From: Podarcis filfolensis
Taxonomy: Eukaryota
NCBI GenBank assembly: GCA_964270895.1
Contig: OZ185448.1
Reading direction: 5' to 3' (one strand)
Length of the DNA: 64,000 bases
The position numbers and the translations under genes were made by a program. Below the pieces are notes generated by a model. The model saw only the letters and a list, made by a program, of their open reading frames with translations, searched no databases and was not told where the DNA came from. Of this stretch, positions 1 to 12,720 are shown piece by piece (the stretch's first letter is position 1; every line of letters starts with the position of its first letter).

Positions 1-159
1 GCTACTTTGCAAGCTGTGCGGGGCTGGGACCTCTCTGTTTTTGCCTCATTCTATGAAGTGACATCTGAAGCATTACTCCATACATTACTACTACCGTAGT
101 TGTAGTAGTAGTAGCATAATACTTCTGTATGTAGTAGTAGTATCGTAGTAGTAGTAATT

Positions 160-226
160 CTGTATATAAACCGTCTTGAGATTACTTTTTAACAATCAAG
201 CAGTGTGTATATATTATAAAATAAAG
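160..226 (+). mobile_element. Possible L2-type LINE/SINE 3' tail
   Basis: tataaaccgtcttgag...aagcagtgtgtatat...aaataaa resembles the squamate tail GTAAACCGCCTTGAG...AAGGCGGTATATAAAT (recalled). Confidence 0.4.
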
Positions 227-2744
227 TCTACTTAATTCACTTTTATTGGACTCCTTAACGACAACTAAAAAGTATTTTCCCCTCTAACATTATAAAAATC
301 ATGTCACAAAAGGAATGGGGATTGGGAGGGAGAAGGATAAAAGAAACCTCAGGCAATATTATTTAGCTACTACTTATTATCTTATTAGCTATTACCTATT
401 ATTATTGTATTGGTTACTACTACATACTTATTATCACCACCACATATCATCTGAAGTGCCCTGTAAACTTACTCTGAAATTCAATGGGGGAAACTACTAA
501 TTAACAATGCATCTGCTACCGTGTCCCATGCCAGGCGTCTTCACTCTGAGTGAGTCCTACTGAATCTATCAAGACTTACTTACTCGAGGCTAACTTTGGC
601 TGGGTGAGAGTCCACGTTAAGAACTGAGCATGTTTCTACTTAAAATACTCCTACCCTCGCCAGTAGCAGGGGCAGCGTTTCAAATCCTGTATGCCTGGCT
701 CAGCCAGTTCGTCGAGGGACCTTATTCGTTTATTTGTTGAGAGCCCTGTTCGTGTTTTCGGGCTCCGCAGATGAAGCTTTTCCTAACGCGTCATCATGTC
801 TATGCCCAAACCCCCCCCCCCAAGTTCAACAGACCACACTTCTGCCTTCTGGGCACCATGGCCCGGAAGTTCTATCAAGGGGTGGGTGGGTGGGTGGCAT
901 ATTGGCAATGCATGCCATCTTTCAGATCTCAAAACTTCAAATATTACCACTCTTGGGGAAGAAAGAAAAGAAAGAACTTACTTTTCAACCAACCACCACA
1001 ACATCTCTGTCTGTCTCATTTGGAAAGGAGTGAGTGTTCTTCAAGTCACCTCTACAGAGCTAATGGTTGGCGAGTTTGACGACTTCCTTTTCCCAGTGAC
1101 GTCTGCATAATCAGCAGCTCCAGATGAAGAGAAACGCTTTCCCCACCACCACCCAACATAGAAAAACAGAGTTGTTCATGTACGCAAATGCGCTCTATGG
1201 GGTTGGCTAGTCGGTCTTCTTAACAGACCCACTCCAGGTTTCCTCCGAGGACTCAGGGTTTGCCGAGGCCTCTCACGCCAAGGGGTTGGCAGCACCCTGA
1301 CGCCATGAGGAAAAGTTCACCTGGATGTCATCCCTCCCTCTCTGTTAAAGCTAACACAACATGGTGCAGATATATACATCCAAGTCACGTTACACCCATC
1401 CGGTGGGATATTTTGGCAGGTGCTCATCATCATGGTCAGGACCAAGTCAGACTTCAATCCTGTCCTGTGCACACTTTCCTGGGAGTGGGCCCCATTGGTC
1501 CAGCGAGGTATACTTATGAGTAAACAGGCACAGCCCTTCAAAGGACTTATGGATTCCAACGAGAAAGATTTCGAATTCAGGAAATCAACAGCCTCTAAGG
1601 GTGCTTAATGCTGGCTAATTTGTGATGGTTGTTGTGGTGGTGGTTGCAATGGGATCCGTTGTTTTTGGATCCAGTTAATTCCCTTTAAAGGTCCCAGAGA
1701 TTTCAGAGAAGCCTTGGGTGGTGCGACTCTGTGTCTACTCAGAAGTAATCCCAATTGAGTTCAGTAGGGTTAGCTCCTAGGGAAGTGGGTACAACACGGC
1801 ACTTAGCTCTCGCTTGTTGAACCGAAGCTTAAATATGCTTCCTCTTTGTTGTTGCTCACCATCCAACCTAGAGTTAAGCAATTTTTTTTAGCTTCCAATG
1901 ATTTCAATGCCAGAGTGAACCTCTTTTGAACCAGTGGGACAATAACTTAGCTGGTTGCTTGGGGTAAAGTTGGGAGTGTTTGTTTTGGGGATGATGGTAA
2001 ATAACTAAATATTTCATTTTACGTTGTGATGCTGCAAGAGGGATCAGCGATCCTTTAAGTGTTTCAGTTCCTTCCTCCGTTTTCTGGAAATATCTAATGG
2101 TCAACAATTAATGAGGTTCATTAAGCGAATTTTGATTGCTTACGATACAGTTAGTTCCCTGGTCAATTGTGTTCTCTGTGTGTGTCTCGTAAACCTAAAT
2201 GTCACTTTACTTGCGAACGTATCTATGCGATGATTTAGTCGTCGTAGACAATAACACATTTTTTTAAAAAAATCAGACTTCCAGGATAGTGGAGTTGCCT
2301 CGCTTTGGAGATGAAAACGCGCGGCTTCTTCGGCCCTTCATCCCTGGATCACAGACACAACCTGTTCTAGATTATCCACAGCATCTTTAAAGGGGGAGGA
2401 TATCACTTTTCGTTTTAAATAGACGAGGCACCCCTCCCCCCCTTCTCTCTCTCCCTAACCCTTTAAGCTTTTCAAAGCATTTGGGGTCTGCCACTCAAAG
2501 GACGATGTTCTAATGGGGTTTGACAGCTTTTTTTCAAACAACTCGGCGAATTGGGGGGGGGGGTTGTTGGGGGATGGGAAGGAAAGAAAGTAAGAATAGA
2601 AAATCAATCTCCTACTTCTGAAAAGTTTTGCAACCCCTGCGTGTATATTCCCCATATAAATAAGAATTCGGAATAAATCCAACGGCATGCTGGGTGAGGT
2701 GGTGCAGACTCCGACTAGATTGCGCCCCTTATAACCTATGAACG

Positions 2745-2908
2745 GTCATGGGAATACAGGCAGTTGCCTTATACCAATTCTAACCATCAGTCCAACATTG
2801 CCAACACTGGTTGGCAGCATCTGTCCACGGTTTCAAAGAGAGGTCTAGCCAGACCCACCTGGAAATACCAGGGATTGAACCTACGGCCTTCTGCACGTGC
2901 TCTTCCAT
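2745..2908 (-). mobile_element. tRNA(Ala)-derived squamate SINE (Squam2-like), degraded
   Basis: Plus strand ...acctggaaataccagggattgaacctacggccttctgca... is the reverse complement of a tRNA B-box head. Body aligns by eye with the other copies. Confidence 0.65.
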
Positions 2909-5900
2909 CAAGCTTTGGCTTTCCGCATATGGTTTGCAAAATAAGACTCAGCTGTCCATCTAATCCAGGCCTTAGCCGGGACATCAGAAGCAGGGTATCA
3001 AAACTGAGGGTTGCTCAGTGTTCCCAACAACAGGTCCTCAGATGTCCGTGGCCCTATCGCCGCTCCAGTCAATAGACGTTGACCTGCCCCCCCATCTTGT
3101 GGTCCTCAGTTCTGTAGGTCGAGGGCCTCACTAGGCAGAATGAGGGACTACAAATGAATCGGAGCAGGGGAGGAGCTTGTAAGGCTCTTAATTCCAAACT
3201 CCAACATGAACTCCAGACTCTAGCACTGGATGAAGAGCATGTTTCTACTGCCCTGAACCTACTGCCCTTCAGTTCTCACGTTCTGTGCTTCCTTTTGCTT
3301 CTACACAAACACACTCACCTTAAATGACATCTCAGCATACCTAAATTCAAGATCCTCCACCCTTGTCGATGATGAACCAGAGTACAGTACAGTGCTCAGG
3401 GGTTCCAGCAATAGCTGGGTTTCTCTCCGCCCCGAGCCCTCCCCGCATAAGTCCCATAGCTCTCCATCCAGAGCCAAGTCAAGGCAAAATATTTCTGTTC
3501 CGATTCACTCAAAGTCTGGTGGCAAACTAGAGGGGAGATCAGTGGTTAGACTCTTCCCAAGTGGGAAGTGGTAGCGTCGTAAAAGAACCTACAACCTTAA
3601 ATTTCATGTACTTGTGCAAGCTTGGAACGGCAGATTAATCAACAACTTATTCCCTTGATTAATCCGTCATCTGTAATGCTTGTAATATCCCCAGCCCTTT
3701 GATTGTTATGGTCATAAAATATAGAAAATATTCCAGAGGGTCTGGCGGTCTACAAAGAGCCGTAGCTTCCATTGCAAGTTATTTTGGTTCAGCATCTCCC
3801 CAAAGGCACCTTCGTTTACTTTCATAACAGGGCAAATGATCTCATGACAACTTAGGTAGCCATCGATTATTCGGTTGAAAGGTAGGCCACTCGCCCATTG
3901 AAAAGCCTCTAATCGACTGACAGCCCTGGAAATATTTGTATGATAACTCCTGAAAGGGTAGAAATGGCCTGGGTGGACGCGAGTACAGGAAGCAAATTCT
4001 CAGGACCGGGTAGCCAAAACGGGATGAGCAGTTCAGTTTTCTCCTTTGCCCGTTTCTCGGTGCCTCAAGAATATTTTGTTAAGGACACTGGGAACGATCT
4101 AGTAGGAAGTCGTCCCTTGTCCCATATGCTGGAAAACTTATAAGAATCCCATAAAGTGCTCAAGGGACTCGTCCGCCTCCCCCTCCCAAAATAATATGTC
4201 CCCATTTTTCTCGAGCTTAAAATAACCGGGCAATTGTTTGGAGAAGGCCTAAGTGTTGTCTCGGGGACTTTTAACAGCGTGATGGTTGCTGCTCCCCTTG
4301 TCCTAGATACTTTACAGCAAGTAAAACGCGACTCTTCCTAGACCAGCCCCTAGTGACAAACGGGGCAACATATCTACCCTTGTATTCTCAACCCGCTTCC
4401 TTCTTTTAAGATTTACGGCTTCCATGCGGAAGAAATCTCGGGGCAAGGGTACCGTTCAAACTACAATCCCCAACCGAGTGAATTGTTGCTTTTTTTTCCA
4501 AGAACAGCTAAACGGCTTCCATGACAGCTAAACAGGTTTCAAACCAGGTTATATTTGTCATGTAGATCTGATCTTATCGAGAACGAGGAAAGCACGTTTC
4601 TTATAATGCCAAGAGCTTTCGACTTGTTACCGTCACATGATAAGAAAACACCGCTTGATTAACACGCAATCTAGACAAGGAGAGAGAGAGAAAACCAAAG
4701 GGGGGGGGGAGAGAATCCTAGATACTATTTTACCTCCTGCGATTTAGGGTGCGGGTATTTTTGGACTAATGTTGAAATCATGCTCCTTTTTGCACAGCCG
4801 ATTGACAATTTCTCAATAAACATATGTTTCCCTTCACCCAACCCTTTCTATAGATGCAAACGTACTTTGATCTCTCCTATTCGTTTTATTTTAAGCAGAG
4901 GAAAAGTTTGAAATATGAACAGCGTTAAGGGGGGAGTGGGCCAGTGTTTACAAACACTTGTGAGCGCGCCTGTATCCTAAAGGTCTTTCCTCTTCGTGTT
5001 GTTGTTGTTAATCTTGTACCCAATGCGCTTCCTAACCAGCCTTCTAAATTAGAGAAGGCGTCTATGTATCCTTGGGATGGTAGCTTCAGACCTTAAACCC
5101 ACAAACTTTCCCGTTTTCCTTCACAATATGATTTCTCCCAAAAATACACTTGCAGCTGACAGTAAACGAGTGTCTGGGAGCGAACAGGAAGAAAGTACTT
5201 TGCAAAACGTTTCCCCAGTAAATACGATTGTCTGGTTACATCTGCGGGAAGGAAGGGACTATATAATATGTATATAATATATATAATATTTCGGAGGAGG
5301 AGAAGGGGGCTTCTCCATCTCCTGCCCAAAGTAAGACAACAAGCAATTGGCATAATAATAAAATGCACCCAGATTGTTATGATACATTTGGGAGCGATGA
5401 GGAAGGAATAATGCTGCTGGTTTCTTTCCAGATCGGGAAATATTTCTCACAGCAATTTGGTGAGAAGGGCGTGGACGTTTTGTTTTTGTTTTTTTTATTA
5501 AAGGAGAAATGGGTCGATGGAATTCTCCACGAGGAAAGAAGGGGAAGGGGAAGGGAAAGAATAAAGAAATGCTTTTCTTTCTTTTGTTTAAGCAATTCAC
5601 ACCAACTTCTCTTTTGCGACTTCTTTCCTAGAAATTGTGGAAACTGAAAGAGGCGAGTCTTAATATCTGCGATGGACATTGTCATTACTTAGGGTGGGAG
5701 ACGCTGAAATGAAATCTACGGATCCTTTCCTGGCGGGACAATGGTATGCAGGGGGGGGGGCAGGCGCGGTCTCTGTATTTTAGCTGCTAGTTAAGCGAGC
5801 AGATAATGTTCCCCGCTCGTTTTCACATTTATTTGTACCAACCGTCGGGTTAAAGCCACATCTGACTTCATTACTTTCAGAAGCTGTCTATTTGGCGAGT

Positions 5901-7398
5901 GTCACTTTTCATCACGCTGGGCAAATAAAATTCTTGGAGAAATGAATGGTGAAGGAAGGCCAGAGAGGAACATCGCGGCTGTTTCCCTTTGGACGCATCG
6001 CGTCCTCCAAGGCCTCAGCCGCGCTTTGGAGCATCTTCCTGCTCTCTGATTTCAGATGTATTTAAAACAAAACAAACATCTCCAAACTCAATCTATCGTT
6101 TGTGCTCCAAATGCACAAGTTGCGGGGTGGGGTGTCACAACTGAGAAGACCGCAATGAAGGGGGATACAAAACACGGCAAAGATAGCTCTGAACTGCCTT
6201 TCAAATCTATTTTAATATCATAGAAACCGATGGCTCCATTAGGCCGCGTCTCACGCCTATCCACAGAGGAGATACAGAACCGGAGGTTAATTAGGAATCA
6301 TTTTTGTCTTGATTTTTAATAGGAAAAGTCCTTGAAGGAAAGATGGGAGGGATAAAGAGCCCATCTTCTCCACTTCTACTCCCCACCATAAAAAAAATTC
6401 TAGGGGGAGAGAGAGAGAGAGAGAGACTAAGGACAAAAGGAAAAAAGTTGTTAAAACTAGTCGGTTTGGGAACAGTTCCTAAACCTCACCGCTTCCTTTC
6501 ACTCTCTCTGTTTTTAAAAGAAAATCTAAGTCGACGGAGAGCGAAATTAAAGACCTTAGCATAGGAATCTAAGAACTCGATCATATGGGTCTGGAGGAAG
6601 TTGCAGGTCCAGATATTGGCTGCTTTGTTTTATTTGAAAGAAAGCAGTAACACGGCCTGATCACACACACACTTTTTTTAAAAAAAGAGCTCGTCTGATC
6701 TTCAAATCCCAGACATTTTCGCCTCTGTTTCCAGGAGAAAGAGTGAGTGAAAAATAAATAAATTTAGGAGAGGAAAGGAAGGGAAAGTGGGAGAAGCAGG
6801 TGCATGGCAGCGATTGGCATGTTTTCTACAAATCCCCCCTCTGCATCAACACCTCTGTCTTGTAGCACAAAAGCGAAGAGAACTGAATCTCTCTCCGAAC
6901 CCCGAAAACTTACAAAGAAAGAATCTTGTCTCCTGAGTTAATGCCTTGCTTCTCCAGTCTTTCTCCTTGTACTCGCTCTGGAGGCTGCCTAGGTTAAAAT
7001 CAGTAAGATAACTTTCGTCGTGTTTTCGAACTCACTTATTTATAATTACGTTTATCTCTTGTAAGCCCTCCCCCCATTTTTTAAAATGCGCCTGGTTTGT
7101 GTGTGTGCATCTAAGATGTATCGAGAAAACACATGCTTTGCACTTTTCCTGAATAAGTCTCATTTCTACCTGCCAGTCCCCCACCCCCTTTTTGCCTCTT
7201 TCTTACTTAAGAAATCAGACTGTTTGAAGGTTTGTTTGCTCTATCTTGTCTTTTTTGCAGAGCTGCCCAATGGAATTGTAACCCTCTCCTAATCTCCGCG
7301 GCAGAAACCATGCTAATAAGGGGCTCTCTCGCCCAAACCTGTCACCTTGGAGCGCCACCTTGCCGCTGAAAGGGAAACTGCAAGTCCAGAAGATCTTG

Positions 7399-7538
7399 NN
7401 NNNNNNNNNNNNNNNNNNNNNNNNNNNNNNNNNNNNNNNNNNNNNNNNNNNNNNNNNNNNNNNNNNNNNNNNNNNNNNNNNNNNNNNNNNNNNNNNNNNN
7501 NNNNNNNNNNNNNNNNNNNNNNNNNNNNNNNNNNNNNN
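7399..7538. other. Assembly gap (140 N)
   Basis: N run. Confidence 0.99.
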
Positions 7539-10500
7539 ATAGAATCGGACACTTGAAAGTGCCCCTTTCGCTCGGAGTTGAAGAGACATTGTATCTTTCC
7601 TGGCTATCTCCTGTAGTATCAGAATGTGTGGGTGTATGTGTGAAGAAGCCGAGGTGGGGTGGGGGGGGGAAGAGAAGAAACGCAAAACCAACCTTGGGTG
7701 TACGGTTTCTCAAAGACTTACAAGTTGTAACCTAACCGGCAATGTTTGAATTTAAGCTATACAATAACGGATAGATTTTCACACCTCGCCTATAATTTAA
7801 AACCCCGGTATTCATTCATTTATTTATTTTTTAAAGTTTGGAGGTAACCCAAACGCACCCTTATGAGTCAATGGAAAGAAAGATATCGAGTAACGCCAAG
7901 GGGGAAAAAAATGCTCAGAGGAAAATCAAACCAAGGCAGAGACTCAAACCGCCATTGGCGAGGGGATTATGTTCATATTTTAATTCTTGGCCACAATGGC
8001 GGACATTTCAGTTTTTCACACACACAGAGGCAGAAACCAAAACGTTTGCCTAGTCAAATCAAGGACAAGTTCTAAATCAGTGATTATTCTCTATCTGCCT
8101 GTCGATCGCAATCTCTCCCTTTTTAAAGAATCAGACATACACTTTAGCAAATAAACTGAGATATTTTTAAATACAATCTGTTTGAGATAAATAACAGTAT
8201 TTTAAAACAGTGTCTGAGGGCCAGTACAAAACTTGGGAGAAAATATATTTATGATCATCACTTCTGGTTGTGGTTGTTGTTTATTTTTCAAAATAACAAA
8301 TATAAATATTCATAAAATGGAAACATGCAGGGGGAGATGATGAATAAGGCGATCCTATGAAAGGCGCGAATTATATGTAAGCATCCCAAAGGCGTTCATA
8401 TGTTAACGCAGACGTTTGCGGGGAAACGTTTTCCTCGAGACACTTTATTTTAGACCTAGGCTGGGTTCAATTTATTATAAGCAAATTCTTAGAGTCCATC
8501 TATCTGTTTATATCACACTTATCGAACCGAACGGAAAAGTTACGTCTCTCGGCGCAGAGGCGGCTTCGAACAGAGCATGTTTCTGAGGTTTCTGATTCCA
8601 GGCTCACGCCTCGTTTCCACAATCTGTGAAGCAACTCAAAGATGCTGAGCAGAGGAGCAGAAGAAGGTACAAACATTTGTGCATCTGTGATGCGTTTTTA
8701 AAAAATATTGTTGTTTCCCTGGCTTCTTGATATTTCCCACCCATCATTAATTCGTGTAGAGTGTTTTCCAGAGTAAAGAAAATAAAAGGGGGAGGCAGGG
8801 GAGGGAGTGAGAGTAAAATGAGTCTAAACAGATTCTACCCTGAGAACAATAGATCCAAACAGCTGCGACAGGTGGACCCCCGTGATAAGTGAGGAAGACT
8901 TCTGTCTTACAATTTTGAATATTAGAGAGGACATAATACGCGGAGTCCACTTTCCTTAATAACAAAGGATTCAAAAGGCGGGAGGGGGGTGGAATTGAAG
9001 AGCCACGCTTTGATCACGTACATATAAAAGGGCTATATAGAGATAGAGAGATAGACAAGAAGACAGACAGTCACGAAATTTGGGGATAGTGTGAAGCTTT
9101 GTGTTGTTATCGTTTTAGACAAGCGCACCTCCCAAATCCTTGGGAGAAATGTCTGTGGGTGTTTGACCTTAAAATAAAATTAAAAAAGAAAAAAGAAAGA
9201 AAGGAGCGAGTAGGCGAGAGAGGGGAAAGTTGGGGGGCGGGGGAGAACCGAAAAATATATTCCCCCCCCAAAAAAAAAATAATATTATTGCCGTTACGTC
9301 TCCTACCACAAAGATGCAAAGTAAGGCTGTGGAATTTGTATTACAACCCGATCATAATGTTTCAGCGGTGGAAAACATGTAGCCAGAGGGTGTTGCTAAT
9401 GATTCCTGGATTAGAGAGAGAGGCAAAGGAGGGGGGGGGGGAGGAAACTGCTTTCATAAAAAAAAAGCAGTCTGAAATTTAACCATTAATCCCAGGCACC
9501 GGAATATATCAAACCATCCCACACACCGCAGAAGGGGGAGGGAGGGGTGGGGAGGGGAAATCTATCATTAGCTTGATGCACACGCCAGGATTTCTATACT
9601 TTTCTCCCTTAAGCCTGCTCACGGCCTGTTCCTTGGAGATCTGAGGCTGTGGTGCTCAGGGTCGCTGAGGGTGGAGGTGAGGGCTGTTTAAACTGGGTGG
9701 GGGAGAAACACTGCAAACTTTTTTTCCGGGTGGGGGCTATGCAAGGGGAGGGGGAGCTGACCCATTCCCCATGGCAGGTCAACGGGAACTGCAATGAAAG
9801 GGGAGGTTTGCATTTATGGGTCAGGGGTGGGTAGGGGGAGAAGGCACCCTCCTTCTCAAGGCCGAGGAGAGGAGAGGTTTCTGATGTGAGGGGGGACTCC
9901 GGGTTGCATAGCAGACGCGTGGTTGTGTCGTGCGATTTTTCTCTCTCCCTTTTGCAAGATATATGTCGCTGGAGGGAGCGAGAAGGTTTCCTCCAGGTTT
10001 TCGCAGAGGAACACGCGCTCCAGAGTCAGGGCCTTCCTAGTTCACACCACATAGTAGCCTCCCCCCACCCCGGGCAACCCGCGCGGTAAAGGATAAAGTT
10101 CTATCCTGGAAACTGGAAAGGAGGAATCTACGAGCAGAGCTGCAGGAGAAGATCGAAGAAAGAGTCTCATGGCAGCCAACGAAGTAGATTGAGAGTCCAC
10201 GAAAAGCCAAATGGGTTAGGCTTTAGAGAGCTAGGAGGTTCTCTGTTCCTTTTGCTTCTGGAATCTGGAAAAACCGGGGGGATAATCGGTGGGGAAGAGA
10301 GGAAATTGATCGACTGACTGACGCCTAGGAGCAAGTCCTGGTGGCAATAAGGCAAGAGCAATAGCCTCGACTCCGGGACTCCCTGAAACGTGTTGAGTTG
10401 TTTACAGCAGGGGGGTTGGTGCTTCTTTGAAGCAAAGTGTGTGTGTGATTAACTCCCCCCTCAACTTGCGATGTCCTGCTCTATTTCCCAGATTGTTTGT

Positions 10501-11214
10501 CTTAAAGACTTTCCCCAACAATCCTCAAAGTAGCCCCAATCTCTTCCTCACTCCTCACACATCACTTCAGGGGTACTTCATCCGTGGTGTATCACTTGAG
10601 AATAAAACAGGCGGTTTAAAGGAAGTGCGCACAAGGCCAAGTTCTTGGTCCAAACAGAGTTATTCATTCACCTAGTTGCGAATAACTATAAATGAACCGC
10701 AGTGCCTTAAAACGGAGAGCTCGCAGCACTGAGAAATTGGCATCACTCCGATTAGATTTTAGAATATGTAGTTTGGACTGTTTTATAGCTTCTGCGCAGC
10801 CTGCCTCTCTCATTCCAGCATCCATAGGTATATGGTTGGGATGCTAGGGATCCTCTCGAGGTAAGTCTATCAAAGAGGAAGAGGACTGAATAGAAGAGGC
10901 GTCCACCAGCATCCAAATCATCCTTCTCTTTGGAGTCCCATAAGATAGGAGAGAGAGAGCGCTTCAGCTGAAATTTCAATTGTTATTGTTATTGCTTGGA
11001 CCTGTCCTTCACTCCGATTAATCCAGTCTCCCCCTGCCTTTCATTATCGTAAGAACAGAATGTCCTGGTTGATAAAACTAGAGCGCTATGAAAGTATTGG
11101 CCTTCTGTTGTTCATGGATTCACAGGTATACTGTTCCTGAACATGGAAGATTGCTTTAGCTTTCATAGATAATAAGCATTGAGGTATCCACCATACGCTG
11201 TCTTGATTTTCTCC

Positions 11215-11330
11215 AGCCTTCCCTGACTGTCTGCCCTCCATATGCTTTTAGACTACAACTTCCATCAGCCTCAGCTACCACTAGGGCTGATGGGAGATAT
11301 AGTTCAAAGCACATAGGGAAGATTGGCTTA
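11215..11330. mobile_element. Palindromic MITE-like element, same family, degraded
   Basis: gactacaacttccatcagcc...ggctgatgggagatatagttc inverted core. Confidence 0.6.
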
Positions 11331-11639
11331 ATCCGGGGTCAACTCTATCACGGTATAAGGGCCATCAGCACATACCTTATGGTAGCGAGTCATTAAACCG
11401 TTTAAATAAAGACGAACTCTTCTGCCCTCAGTCCAATCTGATCCATAACTTAACATCCATTACTGTAAAAGGATGGGATACCTTGGGCCCAGCCGGGTTC
11501 AGTCTCTCCGCCAAAAATTCTCTGGGGCAACTGTGGGCAAGGCCAAGAAAAAATGGGCGTGTCCACCCCACAACCCCGCCCCCCATGTACAGGACTCTTT
11601 TACCCTACTCGTTTACCTCCCCTCAATAATTTTACAGCG

Positions 11640-11725
11640 CAAATCGATGCATACTTACTTTCAAATCGGGCCCATTGAGTTCAATGGGATTTGCTCCCAA
11701 GCTAAATTCCTAGGACCGCAGCCTT
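11640..11725. mobile_element. Short hairpin repeat, second family
   Basis: Central CCCATTGA-GT-TCAATGGG (11671-11688); end taggaccgcagcc. Confidence 0.65.
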
Positions 11726-12359
11726 AGCTTAGTTTTCGAAATTGAAACTAGAATAATAATGAATGGATGGATGACAAAGACTATTGGATTCAGTGGCCCT
11801 AACTTGATAGTGGTGGTGGTGGCGGAGATTTTGAATACATTTAAATTTTAAATGTAAAGATATATATGCCCGCACCATCCCACAGATAATGGGCGAGTCC
11901 TTGCCCCTGGACTCCCGTCCGCCAAATATGACCATCAGCATCTTGTCGCAGGATTATGATAGCTCGCGAATCTTTGCAACTGCCATCCCCCTATAACTAA
12001 GGGTTGGCGGGGAGGGGGAGGAATGAAACAGGGGTGGTGTGGGGCTTGTAACCGTGGTTGTGCTGGAGAGTTTCTTTCATCCTGCCTGGGAATGTCTGCT
12101 TTGAGTACCATGTGTGCGAAGCACAGTAAGGAGAGGGGAAGCGGGGTGGGGGTGGATATTAGATGTGTGTATGAGAGAGAATGAGAGAGTTCTTGTACAA
12201 GATCTCGAGAAAGAAATGTTCCCTTTGTAAATCCCAGGAGTATCAATTGGCTTTGCTTGCTGCAAGATACAGAGCAAAGGAGGCGCCCTGTTGGACATCA
12301 ATGGGGAAGAAGGGAGGTGGAGGATTCGCCCCCTAGCCTTTGTCGTTCAGCTGTGGCGT

Positions 12360-12720
12360 TTTGCTGCTGCTGCTGCTGCTGCTGCTGCTTCTGTGGCTAA
12401 ACTTCAGGCATGTTTAACGGCGTAAAACAACACCAAAAATTGCGCGAGGAAAAATTGCGCGCGGGAGTGTCAGAGCTGGAAAGCGAAGTCTCGTGGGAGG
12501 AGAGGGGAAGGGGCGAAATGCGGAGCTCCTCGCCTGACTTCTCCCTTCCTCGTTAGACAGCGCCTGCTCAGAGCCTTGAACGCGCAGAAGAAAGCGCTCG
12601 CAGCAGCTGATTCCCCCGCCCACACACACAGCCGGTTCCCCGGCCTAGACCGCTCCGTCTTGACGTCATCAATTTCAGACGCGAAATTGACGAGGTCCGC
12701 TCTGGGTTTCTAGGGAAAGA
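12360..12720. promoter_or_regulatory. Orphan CpG-rich promoter/enhancer-like element
   Basis: Full CRE TGACGTCA (12661-12668), GC box CCCCCGCCC, tandem AAAAATTGCGCG, E2F-like GCGAAA, (GCT)n tract. Confidence 0.5.
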
